From Acidobacteriota bacterium (GTDB lineage: Bacteria; Acidobacteriota; Vicinamibacteria; Vicinamibacterales; CAVVIG01), in assembly GCA_046728115.1 (NCBI GenBank), contig JBKPDW010000561.1:1-52010 (forward strand): a stretch of 52,010 bases of DNA. The letters are read 5' to 3'. Below, piece by piece: positions 21,851 to 29,289 of the stretch. The notes under the pieces are model-generated. The model saw nothing but the letters and a program-made list of their open reading frames with translations, did not search any database and was not told the DNA's origin. Positions within the stretch are counted from its first letter, which is position 1. Each line of letters starts with the position of its first letter. Position numbers and translations under genes: made by a program.

Positions 21851-22756
21851 GTGATCCCGCGGCGCCTGGTCAACAGCTTCACGCATGCGGCGCTCAGCCC
21901 GGATCCAGATCTGGCGGTGGCCGCCCTGATGATCGCGCGTGTCGAATACCCAAGGCTCGATGCCAGTCCGTATCTGGATCGGCTGGACGCCCTTGGTGAC
22001 GAGGCGCGACGCCGTGTCGAGCTCGCATCCGCTCGACGCGCCGATGTGCCGCCGCACGCCGACCCGATCCTGCACGCCCGCGTGATGGCGCTGAACGCGT
22101 ATCTGTTCGGCGAGCTGCGCTTTGCCGGCAACGACGTCCACTACGAGGACCCGCGGAACAGCTGTTTGAACGAAGTTCTGGATCGACGAACCGGCATCCC
22201 CATCACGCTTGCGCTCATTTACATCGAAGTCGCGCGGCGGGCCGGGCTTCACGTCGAGGGCGTCAATTTCCCGGGGCACTTCCTCGTTCGCTGCCCTGCA
22301 CCGCGCGCCGTGCCGACCGCACGCGACCTGATCATCGACGCGTATCACGGCGGCGCCATTCTCTCGGAGGAAGAACTGCTCCGTCGCTACGCGCGGCCCG
22401 AGAATCCCGACGATGTACAGGCGCCGTCACGGCTGCTGGCGAAAGCGAACAAGCCGCAGATCCTGTCCCGCATGCTGCTGAACCTGAAGCACGTGTACGT
22501 AAATATGCATTCGTTCCCGCAGGCACGCGATATCACCGACCTGCTCCTGGCTGTGAATCCTTCGGCAATCGACGTGCTCAAGGATCGCGGTCTGCTTGCA
22601 TTCAAGCTGAACGATTTTCCCGCCGCGCTGCGCGATCTCCAGGCCTATCTGCAGCTCTCCAGGAGAGCCGATCCGGAAAGCGACCAGCGGGAGGAGCACG
22701 AGCAAATCTGGGAGCACATCAAGAATTTGCGCCGGCGGGTTGCTTCACTGAACTGA
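21851..22756 (+). CDS. SirB1/YchA-like transglutaminase-like protein with C-terminal TPR
   Basis: YEDPRNS-LNEVLDRRTGIPITL, NFPGHFL, RMLLNLK; GTG start 6 nt after TACTAT. Confidence 0.88.
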   Translation: MIPRRLVNSFTHAALSPDPDLAVAALMIARVEYPRLDASPYLDRLDALGDEARRRVELASARRADVPPHADPILHARVMALNAYLFGELRFAGNDVHYEDPRNSCLNEVLDRRTGIPITLALIYIEVARRAGLHVEGVNFPGHFLVRCPAPRAVPTARDLIIDAYHGGAILSEEELLRRYARPENPDDVQAPSRLLAKANKPQILSRMLLNLKHVYVNMHSFPQARDITDLLLAVNPSAIDVLKDRGLLAFKLNDFPAALRDLQAYLQLSRRADPESDQREEHEQIWEHIKNLRRRVASLN

Positions 22757-22765
22757 ACACAAAGC

Positions 22766-22845
22766 ATTTCAGAGTTCAGAGTTCAGATTGATTAAAGATT
22801 GAATCGACAAGTCGCCTAATCACTCTGAAATCTGCGATCTGAAAT
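22766..22845. repeat. Heptamer tandem / inverted repeat element (ATTTCAG units) between convergent genes
   Basis: ATTTCAG AGTTCAG AGTTCAG ATTGATT ... AATCACT CTGAAAT CTGCGAT CTGAAAT. Confidence 0.8.
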
Positions 22846-23522
22846 CATCGCGTTCTCCGACGCTCCCCCTCGGGACACTCCGTCAGCAGCGGACACACAC
22901 CGCAGTGAGGATCCGCCTCGGTGCAGGTGGAGGCACCGTGGTGGGAGAGATAGACGAACGCGCGCCGGTACGCATCGGCGTCCGGCGGCAACTCGGACGC
23001 GACGGCCGCGCGAATGGCTCGAGCCGTTCTGGAAAAATCGGCACGTTCTTCACCGAATCCCAGCCGCCGGGCCACGCGGCTCACGCGCGCATCGACCGGG
23101 AGCACCGGATGATCGGCGGCGAAGAGCAACATGCGGTACGCGCCCGCCTCGCCCATCTGCGGCAGGCCTTTGAGCGCGCGCCGAGCGGGCGCGAGCGGCC
23201 CTCGAATCACGTTCGGCAGGTCCGGCGAGCGGCGGAAATGATCGACGCCCGTCCTGAGCGCGCGCAGCCGTTGGTCGAGATAGGGCCCGGCGAGCGCGAC
23301 AGTTTCTTCGAGCGTCTTCTGAGGCGTCCGCCACATGGCATCGGGCGTGAGCGCACGAGCCTTCCGGAGCGCCGCCAACGCGCCGTCGCGCTTTCGGGGC
23401 GTCGAATGGGTCGACAGCACTTCCCAGACAAAGAGCGCGAAGGGATCGCGGGGCGGCGCCGGAAGGGCGCCGTAGAATTTCTGCAGCTTCTGCAGCAGCG
23501 GCTCGAGGCGCGACAGTGACAT
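22845..23522 (-). CDS. HhH-GPD superfamily (endonuclease III-like) DNA glycosylase-like protein with 4Fe-4S motif
   Basis: LPQMGEAGA HhH, LPVDAR, C-X6-C-X2-C-X5-C (CTEADPHCGVCPLLTEC). Confidence 0.8.
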   Translation of the reverse strand: MSLSRLEPLLQKLQKFYGALPAPPRDPFALFVWEVLSTHSTPRKRDGALAALRKARALTPDAMWRTPQKTLEETVALAGPYLDQRLRALRTGVDHFRRSPDLPNVIRGPLAPARRALKGLPQMGEAGAYRMLLFAADHPVLPVDARVSRVARRLGFGEERADFSRTARAIRAAVASELPPDADAYRRAFVYLSHHGASTCTEADPHCGVCPLLTECPEGERRRTR

Positions 23523-23534
23523 TGCCGATCGACG

Positions 23535-24908
23535 CTATCTGCCGATCGACGCTATTTCCTGATACAGGATCGCCGACGCGATGATGCCGTTGTGGAAGTT
23601 CCCGACGTCGAGCTTTTCGTTCGGCGCGTGCGCGTTCTCATCCGGCAGACCGACGCCGAACAACACGGATGGCAATCCGAGTTCTTCCTGGAACGTGGAT
23701 ACGACGGGAATGGAGCCGCCTTCCCGCGTGAACACAGGTTTCCGGCCGAAGCCCCGTTCGATCGCCCGGCCCGCGGCCTGGACGAACGGGTTGTCGTACG
23801 AGGTCATCCATGGCTTGCCGCCATGCATCCGCGTGATCTTCAGCTCCATCGTTTTTGGTGTGATGGAGGCGACGTGGTCTTCGAACAGCCTGGCGATCTT
23901 GTCAGGATCCTGGTTGGGGACGAGGCGCATGCTCACCTTGGCCATCGCAACAGCGGGCAGAACAGTTTTCGCGCCCTCGCTGGTGAAGCCGGACAGCAAG
24001 CCGTTGACTTCGAAGGTCGGTCGCGCCCACGTGCGTTCGAGCGTCGAGTATCCAGTTTCGCCGAACACTTTTGGAATGCCGAAGGCTTTCTTGTATTGCT
24101 TCTCGTTGAACGGCAGCGACTCCCACGCCTTTCGCTCCGCGTCCAGCAGCGGCACGACATCGTCGTAGAAGCCGGGGATCTTGATCCGCCCGCTGCGATC
24201 TTTCATCTGCGCGAGCATCTGCGCGAGCACGAACCCCGGGTTCGCGACGGCGCCGCCGAACGATCCCGAATGCAGGTCGGTGCTGCTGCCGCGCAGATCG
24301 ATCTGAAAGTACACGAGGCCGCGGAGACCGTAGCACATCGACGGCACGCCGCGAGCGAACATCGGCGAATCCGAGATCACGACAACGTCGGCGCGAAGCT
24401 CGTCCTTGTGAGCCCGGATGAAATCGTCGAGATGCGCGCTGCCGACCTCCTCTTCGCCCTCGAGAATGAACTTGATGTTCACGGGCAGTTCACCGCTCTG
24501 CTTCATGTGGGCTTCGACAGCCTTGAAGTGCATGAACACCTGGCCCTTGTCGTCGGCTGAGCCGCGCGCGTAGATTTCGCCGTCGCGAATCGTTGCCTCG
24601 AACGGCGGGGAAAGCCAGAGATCGAGCGGATCGACCGGCTGTACGTCGTAGTGGCCGTAAAAGAGAATCGTCGGCGCGTTTTGAGCGCCAAGCCAGTCGC
24701 CGTAAACAACCGGATTGCCAGGAGTGGGAATCAGGCGAACGTTCTGCAGGCCGATGCGGCGCATCTCGTCGGCACACCATTCCGCGCAGCGCGTGACGTC
24801 GGCGGCGTGTTCGGGCAGCGCGCTGATGCTTGGAATCGCGAGCAGCGCCTTCAGTTCCTCGAGGTATCGGTCGCGGTTGATGTTGATGAAATCGATGACC
24901 TTGTCCAT
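23535..24908 (-). CDS. M20 family dipeptidase
   Basis: YGHYDVQP, RGSADDKG, EGEEEVGS, DLHSG, HAPNE. Confidence 0.93.
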   Translation of the reverse strand: MDKVIDFININRDRYLEELKALLAIPSISALPEHAADVTRCAEWCADEMRRIGLQNVRLIPTPGNPVVYGDWLGAQNAPTILFYGHYDVQPVDPLDLWLSPPFEATIRDGEIYARGSADDKGQVFMHFKAVEAHMKQSGELPVNIKFILEGEEEVGSAHLDDFIRAHKDELRADVVVISDSPMFARGVPSMCYGLRGLVYFQIDLRGSSTDLHSGSFGGAVANPGFVLAQMLAQMKDRSGRIKIPGFYDDVVPLLDAERKAWESLPFNEKQYKKAFGIPKVFGETGYSTLERTWARPTFEVNGLLSGFTSEGAKTVLPAVAMAKVSMRLVPNQDPDKIARLFEDHVASITPKTMELKITRMHGGKPWMTSYDNPFVQAAGRAIERGFGRKPVFTREGGSIPVVSTFQEELGLPSVLFGVGLPDENAHAPNEKLDVGNFHNGIIASAILYQEIASIGR

Positions 24909-24937
24909 AGATGTCCGTCCCTGCTATGCCGGCGCGA

Positions 24938-25732
24938 TCAGAGGCTCCACTGGCCGTTTTCGTCGACCGCCACCCCCTCTGCCCTGAGCTTGTCGAGGTG
25001 CGCGCGAACATTTTCGCGCGCCGCCGGCATCAGCGCGGAGTCGAGACCATCATAGATGGATTCGGCGATCGCCTCCACCGTGTGGCGGCCGTCTCGTAAC
25101 GCGGCCACGACCTGATGTTCACGCATGCGCCGGTGCTCGAGGTGGGCCGTGATGACACGTGCCGGATCGTCGATCCTCGGACCATGGGCTGGCAGGATGA
25201 TGCGCGGCCGCAAGTCGAGCAGCCGTTCGAGCGATCGCATATAGCTCGTCAGATCTCCGCCGCGGCTCGAATGAATCATCACGCTGCCGCCTGAAATCAT
25301 CAGGTCGCCGGTGAATGCGGTGCCACTGGCTTCATCCCAGAAAGCCACGTGATCCGGCGAGTGTCCCGGCGTATGGAGGACGGTCAGCGCGTCGCCGCCG
25401 ATTGTGACGCACTCGCCGTCTGAGAGCGGCCGCCAGGTGACGTTGTACCGAGCGTCCTCGCCAGGCCACGGATATTTGGCAAACGTGGCGGCGGGGTGCC
25501 GGGAGGCGATGGCAGAGGCGCCCGACGCGTGATCCGCGTGCCCGTGCGTGACCAGCACGTGGCCCAGCCGGCAATGCTGTCGCGCGAGGTGGGCGTCGAT
25601 ATCGGTCAGGTGTTGTTCGTGTCCGACGCCGGCATCAACGAGCGCAATCGATCGGCCGGTGCCGAACAAGTAGGTGTTGTTGCCAGCCCCGGTCATGGGG
25701 CTGGGATTGTGCGCGTCGAGGAGCGTCGGCAT
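24938..25732 (-). CDS. Metallo-beta-lactamase fold hydrolase (LACTB2-like)
   Basis: NPSPMTGAGNNTY, THGHADH, TPGHSPDH, GD, PAHG. Confidence 0.9.
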   Translation of the reverse strand: MPTLLDAHNPSPMTGAGNNTYLFGTGRSIALVDAGVGHEQHLTDIDAHLARQHCRLGHVLVTHGHADHASGASAIASRHPAATFAKYPWPGEDARYNVTWRPLSDGECVTIGGDALTVLHTPGHSPDHVAFWDEASGTAFTGDLMISGGSVMIHSSRGGDLTSYMRSLERLLDLRPRIILPAHGPRIDDPARVITAHLEHRRMREHQVVAALRDGRHTVEAIAESIYDGLDSALMPAARENVRAHLDKLRAEGVAVDENGQWSL

Positions 25733-25747
25733 GAGAGGGGGTCGGAT

Positions 25748-25760
25748 GGGGTCAGACCCC
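25748..25760. repeat. REP-like palindrome GGGGTCAGACCCC
   Basis: 6-bp inverted repeat around one central base; partial second copy GTCAGACCCC at 25789-25798. Confidence 0.5.
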
Positions 25761-25789
25761 AGCCAGGAGCCCGCGCACGGCGGGCGGCG

Positions 25790-26005
25790 TCAGACCCCTC
25801 ACGTCCCGCCGAAGCCGATTGTCACGCCGTCGCCGTCGACAATGACCGGCACGGCGCGCCGGCCATTGCTGTAGCGAAGCATTCGCTCGAGATCGGCCGG
25901 CTGTTTCTTGACGTTGATGTATTCGAACGGAACATGCCGCCGCTCATAGTCGTCACGGGCGGCTTGCGTGTAGGGTCAAGTGTCCTTGCCGAAGATGTAG
26001 ACCAT
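25790..26005 (-). CDS. Glutaredoxin-like selenoprotein with two UGA(Sec) codons (UXX-star type)
   Basis: Manual translation MVYIFGKDT-U-PYTQAARDDYERRHVPFEYINVKKQPADLERMLRYSNGRRAVPVIVDGDGVTIGFGGT-U-GV-stop; first TGA (25976-25978) is at the redox-Cys position of the glutaredoxin CPY motif; VP cis-Pro and IGF motifs; SECIS-like hairpins after both TGAs; not in ORF track. Confidence 0.85.
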
Positions 26006-26006
26006 G

Positions 26007-26024
26007 GGTCCATTGTAATGGACC
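26007..26024 (-). promoter_or_regulatory. -10 box TACAAT embedded in a perfect palindrome (candidate operator)
   Basis: GGTCCATT-GT-AATGGACC; TACAAT (26017-26012) lies 6 nt before ATG 26005. Confidence 0.55.
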
Positions 26025-26037
26025 GTCCGCGCTCAGA

Positions 26038-26463
26038 CTATTCGGTAGTGTGCGGTTGGCGTCGACATTCTTCGAGCAGCCTCCTCGTCTCGGACGACAG
26101 CGGCAGCGATTTCGCCGCACTGTAGTCGTAGCTGACCATGACGGTCTTGCCGCTCGCAATCAGACGCTCGCCCGGCACGGTGACGATTTCGTACACCAGC
26201 GCAAAGCTCGACGTCCCGATGTCACCGACGTTCAATCGCACTTCGAGCTCGTCGCCGAAATGCGCAGGCGCGCGATAGTCGCACTCTGCCCGCGCGAGGA
26301 TAACGCGCGTGTGCGGTGACGGCGCACCGGTGAGATCGCGCCAGAACGTCAAACGACACTGCTCGCGGTACGTGAAGTACACCGCGTGGTTCACATGACC
26401 CATCGCGTCGCAGTCTCGAAATCGCACCGCCAGGCGATGGCGGTACGCCCACTCGGTCGGCAT
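26038..26463 (-). CDS. Acyl-CoA thioesterase (4HBT/YbgC hot-dog fold)
   Basis: VRFRDCDAMGHVNHAVY, CDYRAPAHFGD. Confidence 0.9.
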   Translation of the reverse strand: MPTEWAYRHRLAVRFRDCDAMGHVNHAVYFTYREQCRLTFWRDLTGAPSPHTRVILARAECDYRAPAHFGDELEVRLNVGDIGTSSFALVYEIVTVPGERLIASGKTVMVSYDYSAAKSLPLSSETRRLLEECRRQPHTTE

Positions 26464-26469
26464 GGGAGG

Positions 26470-26476
26470 TAGAATA
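26470..26476. promoter_or_regulatory. Overlapping bidirectional -10 elements (TAGAAT + / TATTCT -)
   Basis: TAGAATA in the 23-bp gap between divergent thioesterase and thyX starts. Confidence 0.55.
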
Positions 26477-26486
26477 CCCGACCACC

Positions 26487-28091
26487 GTGGACACGTTCAC
26501 ACCGGAAGAAGCACGCGCGCTCGCGCCGTATTTCACCAACACCGCGAAGCCAATCTTCGCGCTGAGGAATCTGCCCGAAACCGTCAAGGGTGCGCTCTTC
26601 GCGCGCTACTCGCGATCGGCGAAATCGGTGCGACGCCTGTTCCTCGACGAATTCCTCGGGCAGATCCAGAGCGACGCGGCGCCGGCGATGAATACGGTCG
26701 GCACGGCGCGCGCGGAACAACTCTACGCGCGGGTGCTGAGCGAATACGGCGACGACTCGGTTGCACAGCTGGGTGGCGCGCACATCGCGTGCGAAGGTGT
26801 CTCCAACGTTTTGACGAAAGTGCTCGAATGGGGACGTCTGATGGCGTACCTCGAGCAATCCACCCGCTACGTTCCGTACACGAACCGGCAGGACCAGCGC
26901 TGGCAGTACCACGTGCCGGAGGAACTCGACGGTTCGCCGGTTCGCGAGGCATTCATCAGCACGCTGGACGCAGCGTTCGAGACGTACGCGAAATGGATCC
27001 CAGCGATGGAAGCGCACTTCCGTGCGAAGTACCCGAAGTCTCCCGGCGACTCCGAGGGCGTGTACAAGTCCGTCATCCGGGCGAAGGCGCTGGACACGCT
27101 CCGCGGCCTTCTGCCCGCCGCCACCACGTCGAACGTCGGACTCTTCGGCTCGGGCCAGGCCTTCGAGGCGCTGCTCCTCCGCATGTTCGCCCATCCTCTC
27201 GCTGAAGTTCGCGCCTGCGCGAGCCAGATGCTCGTTGAGCTGCGGCACACCATTCCCGCATTTCTTACGCGCGTCGATCAACCGGATCGCGGCGGCCACT
27301 GGACAAACTATCTGGCTGCAACGCGCCACGACGTCCTCGCAACCGCTGCGGCGATCACCGACGACATTGCCGCCGAAGAGCGCGGCGAGGTGACGCTGAC
27401 CGACTTCGATCCGGAGGGTGAGATCAAGGTCGTCGCAGCGGCGCTCTATTCGGCGTCGGCGCTGGCGGACGATCAACTGCTCGCTCTGGCCCGTCGGCTG
27501 TCGGCTGACGATCGTGCGGCGATTCTTCGCGCGTACGTCGGCAACCGCGCGAACCGCCGTCACAAGCCAGGCCGCGCATTTGAACGGACTCACTACCGCT
27601 TCGACGTCCTCGCGGACTATGGCGCTTTCCGCGATCTCCAGCGCCATCGTCTCCTGACGATCGAGTGGCAGCCGCTGAGCACACGACACGGATACGTCGA
27701 GCCGGCGGCCATCGAAGATGCCGGCGCGCTCGCCGACTGGCGCGCAGTGATGGATCGCTCGGCGGCGATGTACGAACAACTCGTGGCCCACGACCTGCGG
27801 GACGTCGCTCCGTACGCCGTGGTGATGGCGTATCGCGTGCGGTTCTACATGGACATGAACGCACGCGAGGCGATGCATGTGATCGAACTCCGCACCAGCC
27901 CTCAAGGTCACCCCTCGTATCGGCGTGTGTGTCAGCTGATGCACCGCGTGATCGCCGATGTGGCCGGACATCGCGGCATCGCCGCGGCCATGCAATTCGC
28001 CGATCACTCCGAAGTCGAACTCGAGCGGCTCCAGTCGGAACGACGAATGGCGTCGAAGAGACGCGGGGCTCGCGACTCGACGGGGGTTTAG
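26487..28091 (+). CDS. thyX: FAD-dependent thymidylate synthase, long duplicated-domain form
   Basis: ALFARYSRS, YGDDSVAQL, EQSTRY, second repeat FRDLQRHR, ELRT-PQGHPSYR. Confidence 0.88.
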   Translation: MDTFTPEEARALAPYFTNTAKPIFALRNLPETVKGALFARYSRSAKSVRRLFLDEFLGQIQSDAAPAMNTVGTARAEQLYARVLSEYGDDSVAQLGGAHIACEGVSNVLTKVLEWGRLMAYLEQSTRYVPYTNRQDQRWQYHVPEELDGSPVREAFISTLDAAFETYAKWIPAMEAHFRAKYPKSPGDSEGVYKSVIRAKALDTLRGLLPAATTSNVGLFGSGQAFEALLLRMFAHPLAEVRACASQMLVELRHTIPAFLTRVDQPDRGGHWTNYLAATRHDVLATAAAITDDIAAEERGEVTLTDFDPEGEIKVVAAALYSASALADDQLLALARRLSADDRAAILRAYVGNRANRRHKPGRAFERTHYRFDVLADYGAFRDLQRHRLLTIEWQPLSTRHGYVEPAAIEDAGALADWRAVMDRSAAMYEQLVAHDLRDVAPYAVVMAYRVRFYMDMNAREAMHVIELRTSPQGHPSYRRVCQLMHRVIADVAGHRGIAAAMQFADHSEVELERLQSERRMASKRRGARDSTGV

Positions 28092-28123
28092 CGTTTCTGT
28101 CGGGGATCAGACTCGACGCCCGG

Positions 28124-28666
28124 CTAGTCTCGCGGCTGGAAGCGCTGGTACTCGTCCAGAAAGGTCAGCGATTCGAACGAACGCATCCGATCGAAAAACA
28201 AGACACCGTCCAGATGATCGGTCTCGTGTTGGATCACGCGCGCGGGGAACTCCTGCGCTCGAAGCTCGATGCGACCGCCGTGACGATCCAGCGCGCGGAC
28301 GATGATTTCGCGCGCCCGTGGCACACGACCGCGAATGTCCGGGATGCTCAAACATCCTTCCCAGTCCTCGACGATCGCGGGATCAACGACCGAAATCTCG
28401 GGATTGATGACGACGACTGGTTTGGGCTCCCTGGCTGGCTGTTCATCGTCGGTATCATCCGCGGCGTCCAGCGAAGCTACGAAAAGCCGCACGCTCTCGT
28501 GCACCTGCGGCGCCGCCAAGCCGACCCCGTGATACTCGCGCATTGTGGCGATCATGTCGTCGATGAGCTTCTGAAGGGCTGTCGTGCGAATCTCGGATTT
28601 CTCGAGCGGACGCGCCTTCGCGCGAAGGACCGGATGGCCCATGCGCGCGACCTTCAGAATCGACAT
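28124..28666 (-). CDS. def: Peptide deformylase
   Basis: GVGLAAPQ, EGCLS, QHETDHLDG. Confidence 0.96.
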   Translation of the reverse strand: MSILKVARMGHPVLRAKARPLEKSEIRTTALQKLIDDMIATMREYHGVGLAAPQVHESVRLFVASLDAADDTDDEQPAREPKPVVVINPEISVVDPAIVEDWEGCLSIPDIRGRVPRAREIIVRALDRHGGRIELRAQEFPARVIQHETDHLDGVLFFDRMRSFESLTFLDEYQRFQPRD

Positions 28667-28676
28667 GACCTTGGGA

Positions 28677-28684
28677 ATTATACT
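28677..28684. promoter_or_regulatory. Overlapping bidirectional -10 elements (TATACT + / TATAAT -)
   Basis: ATTATACT in the 26-bp gap between def ATG (28666) and NUDIX GTG (28693). Confidence 0.6.
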
Positions 28685-28692
28685 TGGCACGC

Positions 28693-29253
28693 GTGGATCA
28701 CCAGCCGCACGATGACTCGCACTTGTACCGTTTCTGTCCGCAATGCGGCGGACCGCTGGAGCGTCGACGGCCCAAATCGACCGATCGCGAGCGCCCGACC
28801 TGCGGCGCGTGCGGCTTCGTGTTGTATCTGGACCCGAAGGTCGCGGTCGGGACGATCATCGCGACTTCATCCGGTCGAATCGTCCTCGTGCGTCGCGCCA
28901 TCGAGCCCGGTTACGGCAAGTGGGTGTTCCCCGGTGGTTACGTCGATCGGGGCGAACCGCTGACCGCGGCAGCCATTCGCGAAGCACGGGAAGAATGCGG
29001 CCTCGACGTGCGACTCGACGCACTCGTCAACATCTATTCGTACCCGGGCCGCACGCCTGTGATCGTGGTATACGCCGCCACACCGCTCGGCGGCACGTTG
29101 TGTGTCGACGATGAATGCCTCGAAACCTCCGAGTTCGAACCTGACGCGATTCCGTGGAGCGACCTCGCTTTCCGAAGCACGCATGACGGCCTTCGAGACT
29201 ACCTCAACGGGTTGCGCCATCCGGTGGTTGGAGGCACCGGACGAACAGGATAG
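28693..29253 (+). CDS. NUDIX hydrolase with N-terminal zinc ribbon
   Basis: FCPQCG...CGACG; Nudix box GGYVDRGE-LTAAAIREAREECG. Confidence 0.9.
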   Translation: MDHQPHDDSHLYRFCPQCGGPLERRRPKSTDRERPTCGACGFVLYLDPKVAVGTIIATSSGRIVLVRRAIEPGYGKWVFPGGYVDRGEPLTAAAIREAREECGLDVRLDALVNIYSYPGRTPVIVVYAATPLGGTLCVDDECLETSEFEPDAIPWSDLAFRSTHDGLRDYLNGLRHPVVGGTGRTG

Positions 29254-29289
29254 CTGCTCTCCCACCCCTCCTGCCCTATACTGAGCCGC

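Noticed and set aside
24981-24998. GCCCTGAGCTTGTCGAGG resembling a REP-like motif also hinted at 895-927
   Set aside because: Encodes HLDKLRA, which fits the normal C-terminal helix of this hydrolase; probably coincidental
25789-25798. Idea that the GV-stop after the second TGA is only part of a GGGGTCAGACCCC REP copy
   Set aside because: This copy is imperfect, and a correctly spaced SECIS-like hairpin plus the U-x-x-stop pattern favour Sec; not fully excluded
25822-26013. ORF-track 63-aa ORF MDPWSTSS... and plus-strand ORFs over this gap
   Set aside because: No motifs; they are shadows of the UGA-containing glutaredoxin-like frame
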